Part shown: positions 24,201 through 36,940 of the stretch, in pieces
Layout of the letters: every line of letters starts with the position of its first letter
How positions within the stretch are numbered: the stretch's first letter is position 1
Assembly: GCF_001194135.2 (NCBI RefSeq)
Contig: NC_068986.1
Location: forward strand, 43,587,272-43,642,995
DNA: 55,724 bases
Direction of reading: 5' to 3'
Source: Octopus bimaculoides
Taxonomy: Eukaryota
Notes under the pieces: generated by a model
Told to the model about the DNA's origin: nothing
The model's database searches: none
The model's input: the letters and a program-made list of their open reading frames with translations, nothing else
Made by a program: the position numbers and the translations under genes

Positions 24201-25044
24201 TTATAAAACTAACCACAACATGATCTACTACACAGTTACTAAAGCAACACATACTGCTACAGACAGAATGTTAAAACAGTTTAAGTATTAAAATACATAT
24301 ATATATTCTTTGATAATAATAAGAGAATGTTTAAAACAGTTTAAAAGAGAGTATTCAACAAAAGTGTTTGGTAGTATATATATACCCAGAAGGAGATATA
24401 TTTAAGAATTTACAAAAAATTAGAGAGGAACCGACGTGTCTTTTTGACATGTTTTCTCTCTTGTGTGTACCTAGGGAATGTTTGCTATTTTAAGTGACAG
24501 TGTGGGAGGCTGGTTTGGGTGGGGGAAAGGAAGAGCAATTAAAAGGAATTTTTTCTGGGCTAGTCTGTCATGGTTCAGTGGTTTTTGGGACTGGTCTTAG
24601 AGGTCAGAATGGTGTGAGTGTGTGTCTCTGTGCACGTCTCTATGTGTGTGTGTATATACATGTCTTTGTGTTTGTGTGTGTGGGCCGTTTTTGATTGGTC
24701 CCAGAGTTTATTGTGGCGGGTGTATATGGGTCTGTGTGTGTTTTATATTTGGTAGAATGATGTGAGTATATGTGTGCACGTTTGTGTATGTGTATGTGTG
24801 TGGTTAATATTTGTTAGGGTGTTGTATGTGCGCATGTGTGTGTGTGTGTATTTGTTCACGTGTGTGTATGTGTGCGTCTGTGAGTGCGTGTGTATGCATG
24901 TTTGTGTGTTATTCTAGGCTATAGTGCGTAGTGAGGTATAGTGTTATAGCGCGTTAAGTTTTTTTTTGAGGGGGGGAGTTTCCCCAGTAGGCATATCATA
25001 ACCACTTTTTTTTTTTTGTGAAGCAAGTGTAATGTTTTCTTGTT

Positions 25045-25985
25045 TTTATTTGAGAATGACGACCTGAAATTTTTAAAAATTTAAAGACGGTATTGTTTCT
25101 GCTCTTCATCATTGGTTATCAGTTTGTTGTATTCCTCCATCAGTCGTACACCTCTATCCGCAATGTCGCTTTACCACTTTGAGTCCATATGTGATATCTC
25201 TTGCATTCGCATAACTTTCATCATCATTCCATTCTTCAGCCTCTTCTTCAGGAAAAGTGCAAGGCACCTCTGGGATTTCAAAGAATCTTTTTGTGTTGGC
25301 AGTAACGAAATCCTGCAGTTGTTTCTGCCCAGCTGATTCAGGACTTATTGATGCTCGTTTGCTCGGTTTTGAGTCAACTAGTTTCTGCAGAGCATGCTTC
25401 ATTTTGTTTTTTGTTTCATGCTAAACAGCTGAATCAAAAAATGCAAGCGCTACAAGCTCCTCAGAGAGGCACCGAAAATGTCTCAAAAACTTATTGAGTG
25501 CAGCACTTGCAATTTTGTCATCCTTTTGATTGTAGAGCTTTGCACAAAATTCAAATCGTGCAGACTTTGCACAAAATTCAAATCAGAAAGGGGCTACGTA
25601 TGAGGGTATGGATGCCAGGTACCACGATCTGATGTATATTGCAGCTGAAAAGCAGCAAACATCTCTCAGTCCCCTTTCCTCTCTCTCGGTTAGTTTAAAC
25701 ATCAAAATGTTAATGCAGTAAATTAGCTTGGCCATCCATCGGGCTCTGTGATAAGCTCCGGGTGCTTTAAAGCTGATTCATTGGGGATACTACTGAAGAA
25801 AATGAGCGTTAGCACGAGCAATTCCTTGTAGTCATCATGAGGCTGCTGTTCATAAAGCTGAGTTTGAGCAAATTGAATGATTTCTTCAGCATCTGAGATT
25901 TTCTCTGCAATGTTAGGGTCATCTGTTGCTCTTTGGTAATTGTTCTTGTCAATTTCCACCCACTTTCATTTGAATCCCTTAATCA
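25045..25985 (-). pseudogene. hAT-related (hATm-like) transposase relic, second family
   Basis: QQPHDDYKELLVLTLIF; PG-HRARWMAKLIYCI; LSEELVALAFFD; LQDFVTANTKRFF; LKVV-DIADRGVRLMEEYNKLITNDEEQKQ. Confidence 0.8.
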
Positions 25986-26299
25986 GTTCTATGTTAGGGC
26001 CAGTAAGGAGATGGCAAGGACACAGAAAATATACAATAAATACAAACTAAAAACTAACAATATACAAAATGTTCAGTAGATGGTAGCAACCTGTAAAATG
26101 TCTTCAATTGTGCTGAAATTTTGCATGTTGAGATCAAGATAATATTAATATTATTATCTTGATCTTATGATATTTACTTTGTATTATATTATACTTATTT
26201 ATTGTACTTTTAATTATTAATTTTTTCTATATGTGACAGTGGATTTTCATCGATGAGTTCATAAACCTTGGTTCTTTTCCCTAATACTATATATTTATA

Positions 26300-26405
26300 T
26301 ATATTTTATACTGTGAACCGTAATTTAATTTTAATTTTTAATAAATTGATTTTAATTGAGTTTTTACCTGTAATTTTGGAATTTATCCCTAATATTATTA
26401 TTATT
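26300..26405 (+). repeat. AT-rich interspersed repeat end (second copy at 52462-52570)
   Basis: About 100 bp near-identical to 52462-52570; both copies run into (TA)n. Confidence 0.8.
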
Positions 26406-27142
26406 TTATATATATATATATATATATATNNNNNNNNNNNNNNNNNNNNNNNNNNNNNNNNNNNNNNNNNNNNNNNNNNNNNNNNNNNNNNNNNNNNNNN
26501 NNNNNNNNNNTGTGTATATATATATATATATGCATAAGTTTTTTTATATGAGTGGAGGAGAACAGAGAAAGAGTGAGAGAGAGAAAGACAGAAACAGACA
26601 GAGACATTGATTAAAGGATTACGGATAATCACAAACGATTTACGGAATTCATTTCTGTTATTTTGTTAGATAATGGTATTTATCTACTATATATGTGGGA
26701 AATTCTGTCTGTGGGTGCGTTTGAGGAGTTGTTAGCTAACTCCTCCTACATCGTTTTATCGCGTTTGATGACGCTTGATACGTGAGTCAAACTCATGTCT
26801 AGAAACCTCATGGCATACCCAGATTAATAGAACCCCTGGAAGGGATTCTTACATATATCTAATATATTTTATTTTAAAAACCAAGAGAAATAACCCATTC
26901 GAACTTTGAAGGGATCCTTATATATAGCCAAGGGAAATAACCCATTCATTTTCTTAAATAATTTGGTAAAAATGAAATTTAGTATGCTTATTTCTTAGTA
27001 TTTGAACTGTTAGAGTTTTTTTCGCAATTTATCCAGTACAACTCTAAAACAAGTAAATACTATTTTCCTAAACAATAGATCGACTTATTTCGGTTAGTGA
27101 TTTATTCACGAATATACCAACACTAGCGCCTGAGAGCAATAT

Positions 27143-27510
27143 TCTCTGGGAACGCATAAAGCCCTTTTCAGAGTTATTTACTTTGAATTGTTATTATCTC
27201 ATATCTGATTAGCCTGTTATTACGCAACATGCTTCACGATTTTAGCATACATAACTTATTAGTATTTCCTCCTATGTTCTATATACTCTGGGAACGCATT
27301 TAAGCCCTTTTCGGGGCTATTTTATTTGAATTCTTACTATCGGGTAACTAATTTCATGTTATTACATAAATGACTTCACAATTTGGGTATTCATAATTTA
27401 TTGAGAATTCCTAAAAACAAGATTCTATGTAAGACAGTTCGGTATTTTCTCTAAATGCACAAAAACCGTTTTAAGGGCTACATACTTTGTATTGTTGTTA
27501 TTAGATTAGC
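27143..27510. repeat. Degenerate minisatellite, period about 141 bp, about 2.5-3 units
   Basis: ctctgggaacgcat-aagcccttttc...ttgaatt-tta-tat starts at about 27145 and 27286; a weaker third unit lies near 27445. Confidence 0.65.
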
Positions 27511-28113
27511 GAAACAATTATGAAAACGGAATCAAGTGATAAGCCCTGTTTTCCCGGGAATTAGAGAGTACGTCAGTTAGTATACTAATATACAATCTTT
27601 GCAAATTTATTCCATTAATTTTTTTTTTTTTTTTTTTTTTTTTCTAGAAGATTTTCAGAAATCACGAGAGCACTTGTTTGTAAAATTGAGATGAATTTGA
27701 AAAAAGGGAGACAAAGAAAAAGTAAAAGCGTAAAAACGTTTGGTGTGAAGGGATTCGGCAGAAAATTTGGGCAAAATTTAAAATAGCTGTTGGATTTCAT
27801 ATTGCAAAAAGGGCTAAGCATGAAAGGGTCCGTTAAATTAGATTTAGCATTAAAGAATCATAGCAAAATTTTGGAAAATTCAAAATCAAGTGTCACTCTT
27901 TAAAAGACTTACACCATACAAAATAAGGCAGTTTCCTTAGATTTATAAAAGCAGGCGGTTCTTGTTAAAGTAAGTGAAGTAAGTATTATGCAAATTAGAA
28001 AGTGTATGAGTATTGAAGGGATAATTTTGTTTAACTGATGTAAATGGATACTTAGTCAGATAATAAAATATACGAAATTGAAGACATATACTAATATACT
28101 TTATAACTGATAA

Positions 28114-28320
28114 GGCAGCGAGCTGGTTGAATCCTTAGCACACCGGACAAAATGCTTAGCGGCATTTCGTCTTTACATTCTGAGTTCAATTTCCACCGAG
28201 ATCAACTTTGCCTTTCATCCTTTCGAGAGCAATAAAGTAAGTACCAGTTAAACACTGGAGTCGATGCAATCGGTTATACCCCTTCCCTAAAATTGCTGGC
28301 TTTGTGCCAAATCATGAAAG
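28114..28320 (+). mobile_element. SINE family B (tRNA head plus conserved gcctttcatcctttcg...aagtaccag domain)
   Basis: ggcagcgagctgg...ctgagttcaatttccaccgagatcaactttgcctttcatcctttcg; homologous to the copies at 28865 and 31059. Confidence 0.85.
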
Positions 28321-28864
28321 CTATATATTTTATAATTGATAAACCATCAGGGAATGCAGATTAAGGGATGGATTATTTTAAATACAGATTCCTGTCTACC
28401 AAAATAAGATATATGAGTAGCTAGCAAACAATGTGTTAATGGACAAAAATTATTAATCAATTTATGCGCACACCATAGAATAAACACTTTGAAAGCTGCG
28501 TATAAACAAGTCCTTAGATGAGTATGTTTACATTAGTGATTAATAGTTAGTCTGCAAAGCATTGCAAGCATTGAGGTATTGGACTTAGGATGATAAACGT
28601 AACTTAATGGTAACCACAAATATATTTTATCAGTAATTGGTAATTTCTAACATATATTTTTAAAAAAACACTTTTGCTATTAAACTATTAAGTACACAAC
28701 AGAAAACTGTAAAAACAAAATAGTATAAATTATTAAACTTCCTTCATAGTAAAGTCACCCATGAAATCATTTATAATTATATGTAAACAATAAAAACTTA
28801 TAAAGGAAAGATAAAAAATATTTTCGTGGCACAATAAAAAAAATATAATGATAATATTGAATTC

Positions 28865-29057
28865 AAAGTTTGGCACATGGTCAGGGGTAAGTTGATTATA
28901 TCGATCCCATTGGTCAACTAGTACTTATCGATAATTATTGATCCCGAAAGGACGAAAGGTAAAGTCGATCTCGGTGTAATTTGAACTTAGAACGTAAATA
29001 AGGACGAAATGCCGCTAAGCATTTGGTCTGACGCTAACGATCCTGCCAGCTCGCTGC
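28865..29057 (-). mobile_element. SINE family B
   Basis: Reverse complement of 28114-28320. Confidence 0.85.
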
Positions 29058-29247
29058 ATTCAATAAAAAGATAATATTAACAGGTTATAAGTTAAATTTT
29101 TTTGATCGGTTTGAGCTCGAAGTTGTGGCCATGCTACACTGCTATCATTGAGAGCCTCCTCTGATATGCGGCATTTGGTGAATAAGGGAGTTTGATGTCG
29201 CTACCCTCATTTGCGCCTCCTGCCGTGAGGTAGGTTCATCTGGGACT

Positions 29248-29294
29248 CTTGACAGGAAGAGATCCTTGACAGGAAGAGATCCTTGACAGGAAGA
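29248..29294. repeat. 17-bp tandem repeat (cttgacaggaagagatc), about 2.8 copies
   Basis: Directly visible. Confidence 0.9.
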
Positions 29295-29569
29295 AGTATA
29301 TGTACTTTATTATTATAGAATCTATTTAAACTAAATGGAATTAACTTATTGCATCGAAAGTTATACATATATACTTACACACACACATACACATACACTT
29401 ACACATGCACACACACATAAACACATACAAACACACACACACGAACACACACATGTATATATAACTATATGAACTCTGACACTCATAATAACATAAAAGT
29501 ATGCTTACATACAGGCTTATATATAGGTGCATGGTATGTAGATGTATATGAATGTGTTATACACACGCG

Positions 29570-29600
<31 letters not shown>

Positions 29601-29602
29601 AC

Positions 29603-29639
<37 letters not shown>

Positions 29640-29947
29640 NNNNNNNNNNNNNNNNNNNNNNNNNNNNNNNNNNNNNNNNNNNNNNNNNNNNNNNNNNNNN
29701 NNNNNNNNNNNNNNNNNNNNNNNNNNNNNNNNNNNNNNNNNNNNNNNNNNNNNNNNNNNNNNNNNNNNNNNNNNNNNNNNNNNNNNNNNNNNNNNNNNNN
29801 NNNNNNNNNNNNNNNNNNNNNNNNNNNNNNNNNNNNNNNNNNNNNNNNNNNNNNNNNNNNNNNNNNNNNNNNNNNNNNNNNNNNNNNNNNNNNNNNNNNN
29901 NNNNNNNNNNNNNNNNNNNNNNNNNNNNNNNNNNNNNNNNNNNNNNN

Positions 29948-30260
29948 GGCGTTGTGAGTGTTTATTGAGCGAAAACACCTAAAGCTCCACGAGGCTCCGG
30001 CAGGGGATGGTGGCGAATCCTGCTGTACTCTTTCACCACAACTTTCTCTCACTTTTACTTCCTGTTTCTGTTGTGCCTGTAATTCAAAGGGTCAGCCTTG
30101 TCACACTGTGTCACGCTGAATATCCCCAAGAACTACGCTAAGAGTACACGTGTCTGTAGAGTGCTCAGCCACTTGCACGTTAATTTCCCGAGCAGGCTGT
30201 TCCGTTGATCGGATGAATTGGAACCCTCGACGTCGTAAGCGACGGCATGCCAACAACATA
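29948..30260 (+). mobile_element. 3' body of a further SINE-like interspersed repeat (head lost in the gap)
   Basis: GC-richer block ending cgtcgtaagcgacggcatgccaacaaca; recognised from memory of octopus repeats only; single copy in this window. Confidence 0.4.
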
Positions 30261-31058
30261 TACTCTTTTACTCTTTTACTTGTTTCAGCTTTTTTTCTGG
30301 AACCAATGAATAACTTATATCACACGTGCGGATGACCTCTACTCAACTACTCAACTCTCACTTCCGACGACTCGACTCAACATAACTCGACATCTAGTCT
30401 ACCGACGGCTCCTGCTCGCTCTACGCGATGCTTTTCGTCTAGCTATTTATACGTATTGGACTAGCCAACTTATCGCCTGGGGGCGTCCACACAACAATAA
30501 CAAAATCAGATTTCACGTAAAGTGAAGTGGTGAGCGCTGGAAAAACGAGCTTTGAGAAGAGACAGATAAAAGCACCTCTTCTCTTTAGGAAGGAAGTGGA
30601 AGAAAGAAAGATGGATGGCCATTGGTCACGAGTGAGCAACGAGAAAGCCATGGAGGAAGAGTGAGAGAGAGAGAGAAGGAACGGTGAAGGGGGAGGAGAA
30701 TAATTAAAGGTACTACATTACTACAAGCAGTACCAGCATGCTGAAATAGCAGTCATAATGACTCAAACCCTAAGTTTTCACTTAAAAACAAAGGTGAAGG
30801 CAGGCAAATGAACAAAATCCCTAAGACCCCATATCAATGACGAAAATAATTGAAAATTGAAAACACCAGACATTTGTATCACCGTGATTTCGAACTTTGA
30901 GAAAATATCCCTTAGTTCATCCTCAGCGAGTCTTACTGACCCAGGGTTAAAGAGCTTGTTCATCTCAACCAATTGTGCAATGACAGTTTGTAATGCTGCA
31001 GCACATTTAAAAAGGCGATCGAAATGAATAAAAATATTATTGTCCACAACAATATCTA

Positions 31059-31289
31059 TTTCTTTATTGCCCACAGGGGGCTAGACATAGAGGGGACAAA
31101 CAAGGATAGACAAAGGGATTAAGTCGATTACATCGACCCCAGTGCGTAACTGGTACTTGTTTAATCGACCCCGAAGGGATGAAAGGCAAAGTAGACCTCG
31201 GCGGAATTTGAACTCAGAACGTAAAGACAGACGAGATATCGCTAAGCATCTCACCCGGCGTGCTAACGATTCTGCCAGCTTGCCGCCTT
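31059..31289 (-). mobile_element. Full-length SINE family B with 23-bp target-site duplication
   Basis: Complete head-to-tail copy flanked by atattattgtccacaacaatatc (31034-31056) and atattattatccacaataatatc (31293-31315). Confidence 0.9.
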
Positions 31290-31464
31290 TGGATATTATT
31301 ATCCACAATAATATCAGTGGTCTAGCATGCCCACCTTAACATGACTGCCTTCACCTTTGTGTTTAAGTGAAAACTTGTGGTTCGAGTCATTTTGACTGCT
31401 GTTTCAACACGCTGGTACTGCATGTAGTACCCTTAATTATTAATTGATAATTTTTACCCTTATC

Positions 31465-31683
31465 TGTTATCTTTTATTTGTTTCAGTCATTAAACTGCAG
31501 CTTGAAGAATTCTTAGTCGAATAAATCAATTCTAGTACCTATCTTTTAAGCGGTGTACTTATTCTATCGGCCTCTTTTGCCGAATCGCTCAGTCACGGGA
31601 ACGTAACACTCCAACACCGTTTGTCAAACAATAGTGAGAGACAAGCACGCACACATGCACACACATGTGGATACACACACACG

Positions 31684-31725
<42 letters not shown>

Positions 31726-31785
31726 CATATACACAGACACGATGGCTTTCTTTTAGTTTCCGTCTACCAAATCCACTCAAGGAAT
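31465..31785 (-). mobile_element. SINE family A, 5'-truncated, with internal (CA)n/(TA)n
   Basis: Reverse complement of the tail and body (tttccgtctaccaaatccactca). Confidence 0.8.
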
Positions 31786-31803
31786 TTACCGCTTGAATAT
31801 TTA

Positions 31804-31846
<43 letters not shown>

Positions 31847-32927
31847 CTTGTGTGTATAGATGTATATATAAATTTTATGCTCAAAACACACCGAAAGTTA
31901 CTGATGTTCTACGAATTTTGTATAAATCGTGAAGAAAATATATATGTATATACATTGAAAATGCTGAACAATTTTGGAGTTTGTCTAAAATATCGTAAAT
32001 CTTTAAAAATACGATTTCAATTTATTTCAATAAAATTCTACTATTTTTACCTTTTTAATATAATTTTCGCTCTAAGTTTATAGCTCACTGTCAAAACCTT
32101 ACTTGATTCATTCACTAAAGTATTCCAGTAATTCCAAGAGGAATCATTCAAACTAGAATAAAACTAAGTACATATAACATTGTGCAAGAATTTAAAATCA
32201 TTATTTTAATCTTCACTTGTAGCTGACATAAAGTAAAGTGCTAATAGTTAATATATTTTAATTGTGAAATGGCGAGGCTGCAATTGCACGTTGAATCCGT
32301 TTCACTTCACTTAAATAATCCTCCTGGGAAAAATCTGAACGTCACGTGAATATCACTCCCACCGTCTTCAAACATTTAGAGAATTTTTGCTTCGTCAAAT
32401 AGACACTGATGTGTTTTACTGTTATTGCAATCTGTGTTTCCTTATCGATTTTCGATTAAAATTGCTTCGTTTACCGTGCTAATTCTCCTGATAATCATCT
32501 CAACGCCACTGTTTCTTTTATACTACATACTTTATCGTTTTGTTTCCATTTTCATTAAATAAATTATTATAACCGATTTTTAGTATTTTTTGTTTTGTCT
32601 ACTTCTTAGGATTTGTTCACAGAGATTGATACACCTGATGAATGTATTTCATAATTAAATAGAGTTGTCGGTGAATTAATCATGATGCTATAAATTGATA
32701 CAGTATACAATATACACAGATAAATGTCAACAAATAAAGAATGCAGGGACAATTATGTAGAAAAAAAGAAAGTCACACAATTTTTTTAAATATATTTTAC
32801 AACTTTATGGTTAAATTATGATTCTATTATTCTAACATATTTTGCTGATTGCAAGACACATAGTTCCAGTGCAAAAATGTTCGTTACAATCAACAAACAT
32901 TAGGTCACCGAGAAATTGATTTTCCTT

Positions 32928-33192
32928 GTGTGTTGTGTTCCTGAGCAAGTCACTTTATTTCACATTGCTCCAATCCACTCAGCTGGAGAGATGAGTTGCG
33001 ACGTCACTGGTGCCAAGCTTTGCCTTTCCCTTGGATAACATTGGTGGCGTGGAGAGGGGAGGCTGGTATGCATGGGCGACCGCAGGTCTTCCATAAAAAA
33101 CCTTACGCTGACTTTTGCCTCGGAGGGTAACTTTCTAGGTGCAATCTCATGGTCATTCATGGCTAAAGGGTGTCTTTACCCTTACCCTTATA
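32928..33192 (+). mobile_element. CORE-type SINE family C, headless
   Basis: gtgttgtgttcctgagcaagtcactttatttcacattgctcc (CORE-like); homologous to 2058-2385; ends (ttaccc)n. Confidence 0.8.
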
Positions 33193-35579
33193 GCAGAAAT
33201 TAAACTAATCGTTACATTGCACAGTAGCTGACATAGATCTTCCTTCAACCAAAATTACACGCATATACTCTAAGCTTAGAAACACAACACAAATGTTCAA
33301 ATTACACCCATCTGTGGTAACCGTTAGCGAGTCCTTAAATAAACAAATGCGCTCAGTTTCTCTGGTGTAATTTTAACAATTACCAGAGTATGAATACAGT
33401 ATGGGTTATTAGCAATAAATATATAGAAACAGATCTTTATCCCAAGATTAGGAAGCAACAATTTGGGCCTAGTATTTATGCTTTCAATAAGTTTTCGTTG
33501 AGTCCATATCCAGTTTACCTCTTCAACGTTCATTCCAGTTACATGCAGTAGTTAGGTGTCCATATTGATCACACGTTCTCACGAAAGGAAATACTTATCG
33601 ATGTGAATTCTTAATAAATTTTGCTATAAAGAAACTTAACTTCACCATGACTCACAATTTGTAGGTCGATGAGGGTTTGTTAGTTTGAAGTATTTGATCT
33701 AAGATCTCTTTCGAGTATAACTCAGTCAGCAAGGGGTTTCACCAAGCTTATTTTTCTTCACTAAACATTAAAACAAGTGTCTCTACATAGAGAAAATAAC
33801 AGCAAAATATCGCTTAAACTACCTTGATATAAAATTAAGGATACATAGAATACCTTTTATAATACTTCTTTTCATGAGCACATATTCCCTAAAGGCCATT
33901 CTGTTATGGAACATACCAATGTAAACTAGAATATGAACATACATTTTTACTAAATCACTAAGTTTGCTTGAAATATAAGCTTCTATTCTAAGTGACTGCG
34001 TATTATATCAACACTTTGTCGCATATAGAGCATGTGTCTACGTCTAACAAAAGCTTACTCTGCTTCAAAAACACATTGAGTACTATTGTGACGTAGAAAA
34101 TTGTGTAGTCAGGCCAAGGATCTCATCACAGACTGATGAGGCCTGCTACTTGTACCATGTAAACCAGTACTACCTGTTCCTTGATTGTGTGGTTGATGAC
34201 TAAATTGGCTCCCCCTACTTAAGGAGATTGCTACTCTTGTAAAGAGAGTGTCTGGACGCCCGACAGGACTAAAAGCAAGACCTGTCGAAGGATGGATGAG
34301 CTATTTGTGGGCCAACGGTCATCCTGTTTGGAAGAGCAATGGTAACCAACCCCAATATCCTTACTTAGAAAACACTATGAGAAAATCAGAAGGAAGTAAC
34401 ACTATGGCGTCATCTGATGGGATTACTCGTGCTTCATCCGGTGGGAGAATTCTCGTTTAATTGAGAAGACTTTCGTTGTAGTGTCATCAACGCGTTTCAA
34501 AGCGTACGATGCATGGAGTACATGTAGGATCTCACTTAGCCCTGCCTAACTGAGATTCGAACCAGAATCTAAACACTTGTTACTTCTCAGACGACTGTCT
34601 GATTCCATTATGTTTTATCTCCATGCTGGAACATTAATGAAAAACATCTGATCTCCTAAGACCTTTGCTGATCACTGAAGGGTCAGTCCATTATTTTAGG
34701 TTTTACCTACTTCCTGGCCATACCCTATATAACTGAGAGTATCTTTCTCTCGCTCTCTTCGGTTCAACCGACTAGCAGAGAGCACACACCTCTATTCGGG
34801 TCTGCTATTAACCAGGAGCAATAGCATCGATTGAATGGAAAGAGTAATCCTTACCCTGTCATCCTTTTTGTCAGCAGAACGCATAGCTTCACACTACCAA
34901 ATACCAGCGAGTCACAAACACATCATTACTATTGTCAATTACTGCTACGTATATTTTACTAACCAGTACCGGCACATAAATATGTGAATATTATACCTTT
35001 CCTCTTCGATGTTGTTATAACGCTGTTTGATCGTGTTGTTGACCATCTACATATGGCGGCCCTTCACATCTTACCACTACGTTTAGTAGCTCCGGTGTAC
35101 ACACACATCTGTCCGTTACATGCATACGAGTGTTTGTGTGTGTTTCGTGTCTGTATGTGTGGCTGCGGTTGACTGTGCGAATTTGCGTGTGTGCCAATGC
35201 ACATAACAAAAACCGAGTTAACAAAACCGAGACAAAACTCATAAAATATACCTTTTTCTCCTTTCTCTATTTATTTAACGTATTTTAGCATTTGTGGCCA
35301 ACAAGGACGGGGACTATATGTTTATAGGTTTTGAGAAGGTCAATCATTCGTTCAGTGCATTTATGCTCAGATTGTTTTTATTTCGGGAGAAATGGGTATC
35401 ACAAGATTTTTTCTTCCAAAAGGATCGGATTATCGATTTTCTCAATCGATACTTATATCTTTTGCATATCTGTAGTCAGCAAAATTATCTATCTATCTGT
35501 CAGTCTGTCTGTCGATCTACCTATCTATCTATACATACATATATACATACATGCATAGTGACAGACAGACAGACATACA

Positions 35580-35582
35580 GAC

Positions 35583-35642
<60 letters not shown>
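35580..35642. repeat. (GATA)n microsatellite
   Basis: Directly visible. Confidence 0.95.
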
Positions 35643-35643
<1 letters not shown>

Positions 35644-35669
35644 TAGGAGAAAGATGTAAATAATATATA

Positions 35670-36436
35670 CAGGGTTCAGTGAATAAATTGTCGTCTAAAT
35701 TACGTAAAAATAAAAATTACAGATATATATTTACCAAAATTACTTTAAAATGTCTTGAAATACTAATGAATAAATTAATTCAATAAAATCGTCATTGGCT
35801 TCGGAATTTCCTACAAAATCTTCTGGACGGTCTCTTTATTTAAGTTGCTGAATGCTGTCGGAATCCTTGCCTTCATTTCATCTTTAGTTTTATAACGAAT
35901 TTTGTCGGTCTCTCGCTGAACTCATAATAATCAAGGGGAGTTAGATGGCCAGATGTTAGGAGTGGTGTGATCGCAAAAATTGTCTGACAGCCATGACTAG
36001 GTTCTCCTGTTTATGTGGCATGATGCAGAGTCCTTACGCCAGACATAGGGTCTTCCAGCAGCCAGACTATTGACTGTGAGGGAAGCTATATGAAAGCATA
36101 ATGTAGCTATCACTAGTGATCACTCCAAACACTATGATGTTGATTGAATGTTTGATTTTTATCACTCTAGGTATATGTCTTCAGATTGCACTGTCCTCAG
36201 ATTGACACCCAAACACTCTGAAATGTTCGTATTGGAACTTCTGGCGCGAATTCCAAGCAGTACAGCATGTCATTTCCAAATTTCAGGTAAAGTGAATTGT
36301 GTCATGGTGCTGTTTTTCTCACAGACGATGCCCTACTGCCCCTACTATAAAGCATAGTCGACAAAATCAAAAACAAACATTGCGCATGCGCGAAATTAAG
36401 AATATAAAATGGCAACAACTTACCCATTGCACTCTG
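35670..36436 (-). mobile_element. Internally deleted maT-like (DD37D-type) IS630-Tc1-mariner element with both TIRs and TA TSDs
   Basis: TA|cagggttcagtgaataaattgtcg ... caacaacttacccattgcactctg|TA (imperfect TIRs); minus strand reads IMVFGVITSD, -DSASCH-NRRT*SWLSDNFCDHTTPNIWPSNSP..DYY. Confidence 0.8.
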
Positions 36437-36439
36437 TAT

Positions 36440-36445
36440 GTATGT

Positions 36446-36536
<91 letters not shown>

Positions 36537-36572
36537 GATAGATAGATATGTGTATGCATGCATGTGTGCATG

Positions 36573-36614
<42 letters not shown>

Positions 36615-36670
36615 GGTAGGTAGGTAGGTAGGTAGGTAGGTATGTATGTAATATATGTATGTATGTATAG
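36440..36670. repeat. Compound (GATA)n/(TA)n/(TATG)n/(TAGG)n microsatellite
   Basis: Directly visible. Confidence 0.95.
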
Positions 36671-36799
36671 GTATAAATTTAAATCACAATATATAGTCAA
36701 CTAATCTGGTGGTACTCATAAAAGTTCTTTAATGTATCATTCTACAAAGCACATATAGAATTTATTGTACGATACAAAAGAAAAGCATAAGGGATGTAA

Positions 36800-36896
36800 A
36801 AAATTATAAATAACGGGAGAAATATACAATGATAAAATTTATTTTTCCATTGAAGTAAATTTTATCATAGTATATTTCTCCCGTTATTTATAATTT

Positions 36897-36897
<1 letters not shown>
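36800..36897. repeat. Near-perfect hairpin: 42-bp arms, 1 mismatch, 14-nt loop
   Basis: Arms 36800-36841 and 36856-36897. Confidence 0.95.
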
Positions 36898-36935
<38 letters not shown>

Positions 36936-36940
36936 GAAAT

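Noticed and set aside
30330-30690. Solo-LTR-like block with a minus-strand TATAAATA (similar block at 34480-34920)
   Set aside because: No clear TG...CA ends, TSD, PBS or second copy in the window
32630-32700. ACACCTGATGA motif
   Set aside because: No pairable stem II followed by GAAA
34105-34150. CTGATGAGGCCTG within a small inverted repeat
   Set aside because: No downstream CAGGCC-GAAA, so it is not a hammerhead
34280-34460. RTE 5'UTR-like sequence, with a possible HDV-like ribozyme (also 29130-29245)
   Set aside because: The resemblance is from memory only, and I could not build the nested double pseudoknot by eye
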